Notes under the pieces: generated by a model | The model's database searches: none | Told to the model about the DNA's origin: nothing | What the model saw: the letters and a program-made list of their open reading frames with translations, nothing else | Assembly (NCBI GenBank): GCA_964391715.1 | Contig: CAYMMZ010000001.1 | Location: 1 to 45,398, forward strand | DNA: 45,398 bases | Direction: 5' to 3' | Origin: Candidatus Woesearchaeota archaeon | GTDB taxonomy: Archaea; Nanobdellota; Nanobdellia; Pacearchaeales; GW2011-AR1 | Shown: piece by piece, positions 26,599-34,177 of the stretch | How positions within the stretch are numbered: position 1 is the stretch's first letter | Layout of the letters: the number at the start of each line of letters is the position of its first letter | Made by a program: the position numbers and the translations under genes

Positions 26599-26798
26599 AT
26601 AACCACCCTGTAATAAACTTCTGAAAATTCTCCAAACCTTTCAATTCGAACAACGTCTCCAGTCTCGCATCCGTCGGGAAGAGCGGGATCTTTCTTAGAA
26701 ATTTTGGGCAATTGTGCCAACGCAATATTAAACTTAGCAATAACTTTTTCTACCTCTTCAGGGGAGAGTTTCACGTGCTTCGGTTGGAATATGTGCAT
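26595..26798 (-). CDS. rpoH: RNA polymerase subunit H (Rpb5-like)
   Basis: 67 aa. HVKLSPEEVEKVIAKFNIALAQLPKISKKDPA...GDVVRIER fits RpoH. Its stop overlaps the rpoB start by 4 nt. Confidence 0.85.
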   Translation of the reverse strand: MHIFQPKHVKLSPEEVEKVIAKFNIALAQLPKISKKDPALPDGCETGDVVRIERFGEFSEVYYRVVI

Positions 26799-26923
26799 CT
26801 TTTTTAGAATATACCTTTAGATAAAAAAATTACCGAAAATGCCTTTAAAAACTTTTCCCCTTTTGTTATTAGAGAGTGGTGGGAGTCAAAATCGAGGTTT
26901 TTCCCATCTTTTTAAAATATCTC

Positions 26924-26998
26924 TCTAAAACATGGCCCCGAGGGGATTTTGATCACCAGATCACCTACTGGGTGAACCCTGGGTTCAAATCTAAAACA
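26924..26998 (-). other. tRNA-Lys 3' trailer module: inverted T-arm copy plus a second, interrupted copy of the tRNA 3' half carrying a 24-nt insert
   Basis: 26-nt direct repeat 26924-26949 = 26990-27015. GATTTGAACCC (minus sense) is complementary to the tRNA's own T arm. The 24-mer TGATCACCAGATCACCTACTGGGT at 26950-26973 is identical to 45318-45341. Confidence 0.7.
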
Positions 26999-27073
26999 TG
27001 GCCCCGAGGGGATTTGAACCCCCGACACCTGGATTAAAAGTCCAGTGCTCTAACCAGGCTGAGCTACGGAGCC
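26999..27073 (-). tRNA. tRNA-Lys (anticodon UUU), no encoded CCA
   Basis: Minus-strand sequence GGCTCCGTAGCTCAGCCTGGTTAGAGCACTGGACTTTTAATCCAGGTGTCGGGGGTTCAAATCCCCTCGGGGCCA folds as a cloverleaf: 7-bp acceptor stem with one G-U, D arm GCTC/GAGC, anticodon arm CTGGA-CTTTTAA-TCCAG, T arm GGGGG-TTCAAAT-CCCCT. Confidence 0.92.
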
Positions 27074-27121
27074 ATAAATTACTTCAGAAAAACCGATTTA
27101 AAAATCTATTCCTTAGGAAAA

Positions 27122-28318
27122 TTAATTCTCTGGATTATAAAATCCTGTGCTAGCATCAAACTTCTCAAAATTTTTATGCATTTGACTTTCCTGGATACTA
27201 TTAACGCCGTAATAACTACTTCCCCTCTCCTTTCCATAAGGAACCTCACAAGCCTCTTGTAATTCCTCGAACGCAATCTGTGCAATCTTCATCCCTGGAT
27301 AAAGCTTGATAGGCAAGGGGCTGGCATTAAATAACTCTAATGTTAACTGCAGGGAATTACCAGGGTCCAAAAACCCCGCAGTAGTATGGATAATCAGACC
27401 AAGCCTAGCAAGAGAGCTCTTTCCCTCAAGCCGACCAACATGCTTATTATCTACACCCGTAACTTCTTTTATTAAACCCAAGGCAAAAGCCCCCGGGTGC
27501 AAAACAAAACAATCTCTACCTCCCAAATCGACATCTTCCATCAAATCCTTCACAGGATCCTTCGTATCGATAACCTCCGTCCTATGCGGTCTAAAAATCT
27601 TAAACTGATTATCTAAATGCAAATCATAACTCGCAGGCTGAACACATTTCTCCTCATAAGGAATTATCTTGAGTTCCCCTGTCTTAACTCTCTTCTTTAT
27701 CTGACAATCCGCTAAAATCCCTGCAGAAAATTTCCTAACATGCTTCTCAATCCCAGGACCCCTTTTTCCAAGAAATGCAGAAACCTTTTCATGCAACTCT
27801 TCAATAGTCCAATCATTCTTAAATAAATGGTCAGAAATTTCAATACACTTTCCAAGGTTTTGTTTTGATGGGTCTGGATTCGACATCTCTCTTTGCTCTT
27901 GCCCCAAAAATTCTTCAAAAGAAATTTTATCTCCTTCTCCTGCCCTCTCAACAATCCTAGAATACCTTGTCTCAGGATCAGCATCAACAGCAAATAAAAT
28001 AAATTCTCCCTTACCCTTCAAAGCCTCAACCTCCCCCATAGTCCTCAAACTCTCAATCACCACATCTCCCCCATCTGCACCAGCCTTTTTATATAATTCT
28101 TCAACAATATAATTAGAACCATTTTTCTCCCTCAAATCATTAGCAATAAAGATCATACCACTCCTATCTACAGCCATCCCTCGACGTTTCAACTCTTCAA
28201 TCAAATAATCTCTCACTGAATAATGTTTAAATCCTTTCTCACACAAAAATTTGACAATCGTCCCCTTCCCTGAACCATTAGTTCCTGTAATTCCAATAAT
28301 CATCAAAAAATAATCCAA
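27122..28318 (-). CDS. dcd: fusion protein: N-terminal P-loop nucleotide kinase (UPF0200/dNMP-kinase-like) plus C-terminal dCTP deaminase
   Basis: N-terminus IIGITGTNGSGKGT (P-loop; the likely true start is MIIGITG at 28303). From about aa 198: ILADCQIKKRV..GELKIIPY...QPASYDLHL...GKSSLARLGLIIH...ELFN, typical of Dcd. One uninterrupted 398-aa ORF. Confidence 0.85.
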   Translation of the reverse strand: MDYFLMIIGITGTNGSGKGTIVKFLCEKGFKHYSVRDYLIEELKRRGMAVDRSGMIFIANDLREKNGSNYIVEELYKKAGADGGDVVIESLRTMGEVEALKGKGEFILFAVDADPETRYSRIVERAGEGDKISFEEFLGQEQREMSNPDPSKQNLGKCIEISDHLFKNDWTIEELHEKVSAFLGKRGPGIEKHVRKFSAGILADCQIKKRVKTGELKIIPYEEKCVQPASYDLHLDNQFKIFRPHRTEVIDTKDPVKDLMEDVDLGGRDCFVLHPGAFALGLIKEVTGVDNKHVGRLEGKSSLARLGLIIHTTAGFLDPGNSLQLTLELFNASPLPIKLYPGMKIAQIAFEELQEACEVPYGKERGSSYYGVNSIQESQMHKNFEKFDASTGFYNPEN

Positions 28319-28360
28319 CCATTATTTAAATAAATTATCGTGCTCAAACAACTAAAAGAG

Positions 28361-28465
28361 AATTTTAATTTTCATTAGGAAAGTTCGCAGTGTAAAAATT
28401 TTCGCCGTGTGCTTTCTCACATAAGAAAATATTTTACCAAGAAATTACCGCTGAAAATTAAAATT
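28361..28465. repeat. stop-codon-abutting nested-hairpin repeat, copy D (after dut)
   Basis: Perfect 14-bp outer arms AATTTTAATTTTCA (28361-28374) / TGAAAATTAAAATT (28452-28465). Core GTTCGCAGTG-TAAAAATTTTC-gccGTGTGctttctCACATaa-GAAAATATTTTAC-CAAGAAATTAC. The right end overlaps the dut stop (28464-28466) by 2 nt. Confidence 0.7.
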
Positions 28466-28898
28466 AACGACCAGTACTTCCAAATCCACCCTCTCCCCTT
28501 GTCGTCTCTTCTAATTCGCTAACTTCTCTAACCTCTCCCCTCTCAATTTTTTGCAACAAAATCTGTGCCAACTTGTCTCCTTTCCTCACTTCAAAATCAT
28601 CCTCAGTAGTATTATATAAGACTACTTTATACTCTCCACGATACCCGGCATCTATAACCCCTCCAAGAACCGTTACCCCTTTCTTAGAAGCTAACCCACT
28701 TTTATCCCAAACGAGGGCAACATAACCTTCAGGAAAGGCCATAGAAATCCCTGTTGAAAAAGTATGCCTCATATTAGGACCTAAAACAAAATTCTCATCA
28801 GAATAAATATCCATCCCTGCATCTCCCGCGTGCGCATACGACGGCAAAACCGCACTCTCTCTTAATCTTTTTACTTTTACTTCTACCATTTTTAACAC
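28464..28898 (-). CDS. dut: dUTP diphosphatase (trimeric dUTPase)
   Basis: AGDAGMDIYS, GVIDAGYRGE and RGEGGFGSTGR motifs. Confidence 0.93.
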   Translation of the reverse strand: MLKMVEVKVKRLRESAVLPSYAHAGDAGMDIYSDENFVLGPNMRHTFSTGISMAFPEGYVALVWDKSGLASKKGVTVLGGVIDAGYRGEYKVVLYNTTEDDFEVRKGDKLAQILLQKIERGEVREVSELEETTRGEGGFGSTGR

Positions 28899-31573
28899 TT
28901 ACTAAACCCGCATGTACACTTCATGCACCCTTCTTCCATCCTAAGAGGACTCTTACATTCAGGACACTTGTCTGCAGAAGATTTTTTCTTATTTTTTTTG
29001 GGTACTCCTTTTTTAGATTCTCCTTTATTTTCTTTTAAAGAAGATTCTCCTTCATTTTTGTTAAGAGATTGTTTCCAGCTCTTCCCCTTCTTACGAAGAA
29101 TGTCTGAAACCTCTCCTCCAAATTCATCATAGTCCATTTTTCCAAGCATTAAATCCTCTACCCTGCCAAGACCTTTAGCAACATCATATTTAGATAAGGC
29201 TCTCGCAAATCCCATCTCCAAAGATCTTATCCCTCCATCCCTCGTCGTGACTCCTCGCCCAGATCCAATATCTCCACATTGTTCAATTACTTCATCAATA
29301 GTCCCTCCATTCCTAAGCCAAAGGGAAGTTAATCTGCCAAGACCTTCCATAGTTGCCGCCTCCTGTTCACCCGAGTCTCCAAGATTTCCAAAAACTTCCA
29401 AGGGAGCATATTCCCTTCTAGGATCTACAACAACACTAACATGCATATTTCCTAAATGTGTTTGCTGCCGAATTCTAACAGCAGGCATAATCTCTGAAGG
29501 TTTAACTGGGTTCTCCATGGAAATTTTTTCAAGTTTTCCATTTCCACCAGTCTCCAAAACCTGAACATCTTTAGAATTATTCCGATAAATCGTAGTCCCT
29601 TTAAGCCCTTGCTCATAAGCAAAAACATAGGCTTCTTCAATTTCTTCAGGAGTTACACTCTCGTCCATATTGATAGTCTTACTAACAGCATTATCGGTAG
29701 TAAAATCTCTATCCTTAGTTTGTCTCCCTTGAAACGCTGCCTGCACCAAGATGTGTTCCTTATAATTTAAATCCATTGAACACTTAAACAATTCCTGAAT
29801 ATCTTTTGGAACCTCTGAAATTCCTTGAGCACTCCCATTATTATTTTCTACAAGTTCCCGAATATTCTCAACATCTAGCCCTCTCTCTCGACACATACCT
29901 TCAAAATCTTGATTCAAATAGAAAAGAGAATCTCCTCCCCTAATATTCTTCCTATAGCCTATTGCAAAAAGAGGTTCTATTCCTGAAGAGACACCATAAA
30001 GCATTGCAATTGTTCCTGTAGGTGCAATAGTAGTCCTTTGAATATTTCGGACCTTATCTTCTTCCCTTCCAGTATCATAAACACTTCCCTCAAAAGAAGA
30101 AAAAACTCCCTTTTCCATAGCAAGCTCATGTGAAGCTTTTTTAGCCCTCTCGGTTATGAAACTCATAACTTCTTCCCCTTTCCGTCTCCCGATTTCTGAA
30201 GCATAGGAATGTCCCATCCGAACAAGAGCATCTGCAAAACCCATTACCCCAATCCCAGTTCTCCTATGGGCCTTTGTAGTTCTCTCAATTTCAGGAATTG
30301 GGCCTTTACTTAAATCATTAATATTATCTCCAAATCTTGTAGCCTTATCTACTACAGGACCTAATCTTTCATAATCCCAGTCAATGGAGCCATTTGAAGT
30401 CTCCCTCAAAAAACTAGGTAAGGGAATACTCCCAAGATTACATGCATCGTAAGGATGAAGAGGTTGTTCCCCACAAGGATTTGTTGCGTCTATTGGACCC
30501 TTATTCGGAAGAGGGTTATTTTCATTTATCCTATCTAAAAAAATCATTCCAGGGTCTCCATTTTCCCAAGTGAGCTTAGAAACCACACCCATAACATATT
30601 TTCCAGAAAGTTCTATATTCCCCTCTTGAGAAACCCTTCCAGCAAATTCTCCAGTATATGAATCTATTACTCGAGTGATTCCTGGAAGAACTTCCCCATC
30701 TTCAAGTCTCAAGGAATTAGGATTCGGAGTTTCCCCAACATCTGAACCACCAAGCTTATTTTCTTCAACATTCCGAATCATCGATTCTAAATTTTGATAA
30801 GAAAGTTCTTCTCCCCCAAAACTAAGACTATAAAAACCATCATTCTTAACAGCCTCCATAAATTCGTCAGTAGCACCAAGAGAAATATTAAAATTCTTTA
30901 TCTCTCCCTCATTTGCCTTACAGTAAATAAAATCTAAAATATCTGGATGATCGACATTTAAGATTCCCATATTCGCCCCTCGACGATTTCCAGAATTAAT
31001 AGTTTTTGTCTCTGCATCAAAAACTGTCATAAATGAGACAGGCCCAGATGCAACACCCTGAGATTTTTTAACATAAGTCCCTCTTGGCCTTATCTTAGAA
31101 AAATTGTATCCTGTTCCACCCCCTTCCTTATGAATTAATGCCGCATTTCTAACTGACTCAAAAATAGAGCCCAAATCGTCCTCAATTGGAAGAACATAAC
31201 AATTAAAGAGTGCCCCGATGTCTGTCCCTGCATTAGTCCAAGGCCTCCCTGCAGGAGAAAACTCCTCTTCCGCAAACATTGTATAAAATTCTTCTGTTAA
31301 TTTTTCAACCTCTTCCTCACTCGCTCCATAACCTCTTTCAACTCCTGCAACGGAACTAGCCATTCGATACATTGCTTCGCCAGGAAACTCTGCAACTTCT
31401 CCATCTTCCCCTCTTAAAAGATATTTTTTCTCAAGTGCATAAAACCTATTCTCATCTAAAGGTTCTAAAAAACCCCTTTTTGTAACATACTCAGGCCTCC
31501 CTACAATATGTTCTAATTTATTTGATTCTTCAAAAGTAATCTTCTCTCTGACCCCTACAGCCGCCTCAGCCAT
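28892..31573 (-). CDS. nrdJ: class II (adenosylcobalamin-dependent) ribonucleotide reductase
   Basis: NPCGEQPLHPYDACNLGSI active-site region, TIAPTGTIAMLYGVSSGIEP, and a C-terminal Cys cluster CPECKS...CMKCTCGFSKC. The stop overlaps the dut start by 7 nt. Confidence 0.9.
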   Translation of the reverse strand: MAEAAVGVREKITFEESNKLEHIVGRPEYVTKRGFLEPLDENRFYALEKKYLLRGEDGEVAEFPGEAMYRMASSVAGVERGYGASEEEVEKLTEEFYTMFAEEEFSPAGRPWTNAGTDIGALFNCYVLPIEDDLGSIFESVRNAALIHKEGGGTGYNFSKIRPRGTYVKKSQGVASGPVSFMTVFDAETKTINSGNRRGANMGILNVDHPDILDFIYCKANEGEIKNFNISLGATDEFMEAVKNDGFYSLSFGGEELSYQNLESMIRNVEENKLGGSDVGETPNPNSLRLEDGEVLPGITRVIDSYTGEFAGRVSQEGNIELSGKYVMGVVSKLTWENGDPGMIFLDRINENNPLPNKGPIDATNPCGEQPLHPYDACNLGSIPLPSFLRETSNGSIDWDYERLGPVVDKATRFGDNINDLSKGPIPEIERTTKAHRRTGIGVMGFADALVRMGHSYASEIGRRKGEEVMSFITERAKKASHELAMEKGVFSSFEGSVYDTGREEDKVRNIQRTTIAPTGTIAMLYGVSSGIEPLFAIGYRKNIRGGDSLFYLNQDFEGMCRERGLDVENIRELVENNNGSAQGISEVPKDIQELFKCSMDLNYKEHILVQAAFQGRQTKDRDFTTDNAVSKTINMDESVTPEEIEEAYVFAYEQGLKGTTIYRNNSKDVQVLETGGNGKLEKISMENPVKPSEIMPAVRIRQQTHLGNMHVSVVVDPRREYAPLEVFGNLGDSGEQEAATMEGLGRLTSLWLRNGGTIDEVIEQCGDIGSGRGVTTRDGGIRSLEMGFARALSKYDVAKGLGRVEDLMLGKMDYDEFGGEVSDILRKKGKSWKQSLNKNEGESSLKENKGESKKGVPKKNKKKSSADKCPECKSPLRMEEGCMKCTCGFSKC

Positions 31574-31577
31574 CCCC

Positions 31578-32018
31578 TCAATTCAAGTCCCCCAACTCTT
31601 TTTTAAAGTCCGCAATATCTGCAAAGTCCCTATAAACTGACGCGAACCGAACATAACCGACCTTATCTACCTTCTTTAATTTCGCCATAACTATCTCTCC
31701 AATCTTTGTACTTTTTATATCTTTATCCTTTGCAACCCTATATATCCGAGCCTCTATATCATTTACAATCTCTTCAATCTGTAAACCTGTAAATGGTCTC
31801 TTCTCAAGACTCCGAGCAATTCCTTCATAAATTTTAGCCCGATTAAACTGCTCCCTTTTACCGTCTTTCTTTAAAACACTCAAATCAAGCTCCACCCTCT
31901 CATAAGTTGTAAAACGTCTAGAACATTTCAAACACTCCCTTCTACGTCGAGTAATCTCATTACTATCTCTTTTATCAGTAACTTTCGTCTCACTTGTATT
32001 GCAATAAGGACATAACAT
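31578..32018 (-). CDS. nrdR: NrdR transcriptional repressor (Zn ribbon plus ATP-cone)
   Basis: MLCPYCN...ECLKCSRRFTTYERVE followed by an ATP-cone (KKDGKREQFNRAKIYEGI...). Start taken at MLCPYC (32018) rather than the ORF-track upstream ATG. Ends 4 nt before nrdJ. Confidence 0.9.
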   Translation of the reverse strand: MLCPYCNTSETKVTDKRDSNEITRRRRECLKCSRRFTTYERVELDLSVLKKDGKREQFNRAKIYEGIARSLEKRPFTGLQIEEIVNDIEARIYRVAKDKDIKSTKIGEIVMAKLKKVDKVGYVRFASVYRDFADIADFKKELGDLN

Positions 32019-32032
32019 TTTGTTTATAGTGA

Positions 32033-32080
32033 ATACAAGATATTGTACCTTATACCCCTTTTTCCCACAATAAGTTGTAG
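32033..32080 (-). promoter_or_regulatory. two NrdR-box-like palindromes, 32 bp centre to centre, between a TTTAAATA box and the nrdR start
   Basis: ATACAAGATATTGTAC (32033-32048) and CCACAATAAGTTGTAG (32065-32080), each with an ACAA-N4-TTGT core. A minus-strand TATA box TTTAAATA lies at 32107-32114. Confidence 0.5.
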
Positions 32081-32238
32081 GCGTAAGCAAATTAAAAACT
32101 AAAGACTATTTAAAGATTATGCAAGTTTTCGGCAAGAATTACTAAAAAGTTACAATACTTCTATGAGTAAAGTCTGTGAACATTAAAGATCTATAGGAGA
32201 TTTTATCCCCTCAAAAAACTAAAATTTGCTTCAAAATC

Positions 32239-32736
32239 TCACTTCCTAATTCTTCCATAAGAAACAAATGAACAGCTCTCTAAATCCTTCCTAGAGGTTT
32301 CTCTCCAGTCATTCCAATCTACTGTTGGAAAATAAACATCTCCATCATGGCTCCCCTTAACATGAGTTACATCCATAAAATCCGCAAGAGGAAGAGCATC
32401 CTCATAAACAGAATGACCTCCCATAACATAAATTTTATCATAATCTATTCCTTCTTGGGGTCTCTCAAAAGCTAAATCTATTGCCCTCCCTAAAGACTCA
32501 ACAACATAAGCTCCTTGAATAACTTTCTCACTTCGACTCAAAACAATATTCAACCTATCAGGAAGAGGTCTTACAGAATCTGGCAAGGATTCATAAGTCT
32601 TCCTCCCCATAATAACTGGATGCCCTTCAGTCAACCTCTTAAAATGAGCCATATCTTCAGGGATTCTCCAAGGAATCCTCCCCTCTTTTCCAATACAATA
32701 ATCATCATCAAAAGCAACAATTAATCCAAGTGTCAT
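32239..32736 (-). CDS. folA: dihydrofolate reductase
   Basis: LIVAFDDDYCIGKEGRIPWRIPEDMAHFKRLTEGHPVIMGRKTYESLP...RPLPDRLNIVLSR are classic DHFR motifs. Confidence 0.9.
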   Translation of the reverse strand: MTLGLIVAFDDDYCIGKEGRIPWRIPEDMAHFKRLTEGHPVIMGRKTYESLPDSVRPLPDRLNIVLSRSEKVIQGAYVVESLGRAIDLAFERPQEGIDYDKIYVMGGHSVYEDALPLADFMDVTHVKGSHDGDVYFPTVDWNDWRETSRKDLESCSFVSYGRIRK

Positions 32737-32737
32737 T

Positions 32738-34132
32738 TTAATCCTCCTTCACAACAATATCTTGCTCTCCCCTCTTAATATCAAATCTATTTGGCTCAGA
32801 GTCCACATGTAATGGGATTCCTAAATTCTCAGTAATCTGTCCACCAATTTCTGAAGCTACTCTTTGAAGGGTTGGATGAACAAATCTAGAATCCCTAAGC
32901 TCAACCATATAAACAACAGCAGGCAAATTTCCAGTAAATCTATTTGAAGTATTAAACCCCATAGGGATAAAATATTGTTCTTCCTCGGGAGAAATCCCCA
33001 GATTCTGTATTTTCTCCCTTAAATCTTCTAAGTAGTTTTGTTCAATCTCTTCAACGTGTTCTCGAGGAAAATTCTCAAGATACCATGAATTAAAACCAAG
33101 TTCAGTAGTCAAAAGAGGCATCCTCTGATTAATCGCCCTATGTCTTTGAATATCCCTAAAGGAACCATAATCTAATTGGAACCTTACATCAATTTCTCCC
33201 ATCTGTGCCAAAAACCTTGGCAATTCTGTTTTAGGAGGCCTTCCAGAAAATAATTTCCCATAGCTTTCCTTCCATCCTTCAAAATCGTCTGAAAATAAAG
33301 TAAAGTCTACTTCAACACCTTCAGGAGACTCTTCATCATAATAAAAATAACTACTAGCTATCACATCCTGATATTCTTCTGTTGCAGGGTAACGCTTATG
33401 GCCAAAAGAATTTTGATGAGCCACCTGTAAAGCTTCCTCCATCGCTCCAGCAACACTCCTAACTTCTCTTAAAGGATGATGCCTTAAAAAAAGTAATCTG
33501 TCCGCCGCCTGCCGAAGATTAGTATGCCACGCAAGATTGGTTGACGCCCCTGCAGGAAGCAAACTCCTTGTAATATCAAACGCCCTGGCATTAATAGCCT
33601 TTTCATAAACTGCCTCCTTTTCTCCTTCCCCAATTGGGTATTGTTCTCTTAAATTAGCTCGAGTCGGCTCTTGCATCCTTAAATAAAAATCTCTTTGAGA
33701 TTCAAGTAACTCCCTCCCCTTCCAAGTTTCCGTAGGATCTACAAATCTCTGTTTAGAAAAATCCACATACCTGGTAGAAGCCTCTTGTCCGTTATAGAGG
33801 GGAGAATCTTGAATTGCCTTTGCAACAAGCATTGAGACTCCTTCAACAAAAAGAGTGGTAGTGCCACAATCCCCGATAGACTTATGCCCATAACCAACAT
33901 AAAAATTATTCATAAAATTATCTGCGCCCCTATCCTCAAGAGTTTCCAAATGACTAATCAGCCCACCAGTAGACCTGGAATGCAGTGCCTGAATCATTGC
34001 CTCAGCTTCAGAATCAATAACAGCCCCCGTATCTAAAACATACACATCTCCTCCAGTTGGAACCCTTACATGTTGCAAATCGGATAAATTTCTTCCCATA
34101 CCTTCCAAAACCCCCTTCAACTTAATAAACAC
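32738..34132 (-). CDS. thyX: ThyX-family (Thy1) flavin-dependent thymidylate synthase-like protein, long form with two Thy1-like halves
   Basis: First half: GHKSIGDCG..LFVEGVSMLVAK...QEASTRYV and NLRQAADRLLFLRHHPLREVRSVA. Second half: FRDIQRHRAINQR and VELRDSRFVHPTLQRVASEI. The stop lies 1 nt from the folA start. Confidence 0.65.
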   Translation of the reverse strand: MFIKLKGVLEGMGRNLSDLQHVRVPTGGDVYVLDTGAVIDSEAEAMIQALHSRSTGGLISHLETLEDRGADNFMNNFYVGYGHKSIGDCGTTTLFVEGVSMLVAKAIQDSPLYNGQEASTRYVDFSKQRFVDPTETWKGRELLESQRDFYLRMQEPTRANLREQYPIGEGEKEAVYEKAINARAFDITRSLLPAGASTNLAWHTNLRQAADRLLFLRHHPLREVRSVAGAMEEALQVAHQNSFGHKRYPATEEYQDVIASSYFYYDEESPEGVEVDFTLFSDDFEGWKESYGKLFSGRPPKTELPRFLAQMGEIDVRFQLDYGSFRDIQRHRAINQRMPLLTTELGFNSWYLENFPREHVEEIEQNYLEDLREKIQNLGISPEEEQYFIPMGFNTSNRFTGNLPAVVYMVELRDSRFVHPTLQRVASEIGGQITENLGIPLHVDSEPNRFDIKRGEQDIVVKED

Positions 34133-34177
34133 TTATACACTAAAAACTCATATACTCTAAAGCATATATCCCACAAA

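Noticed and set aside
26924-26998. Second tRNA-like segment considered as an independent tRNA gene or simple pseudogene
   Set aside because: It has only a T-arm/acceptor 3' strand, with no 5' acceptor, D or anticodon arms. It is kept as an unexplained module rather than called as a tRNA.
14416-28465. Dispersed ~100-bp repeats considered as a CRISPR array or leader
   Set aside because: The copies lie kilobases apart with genes between them. There is no regular repeat-spacer periodicity and there are no cas genes.
19923-31573. Inteins or large insertions in rpoA, rpoB or nrdJ
   Set aside because: The protein lengths are at or below the typical range, and no intein block motifs (C/S...HNC/S junctions, LAGLIDADG) were seen in the translations.
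32019-32090. N-terminal 24-aa extension of nrdR given by the ORF track
   Set aside because: NrdR proteins begin at the Zn ribbon (M.CP.C). The extension would also run across the two operator-like palindromes.
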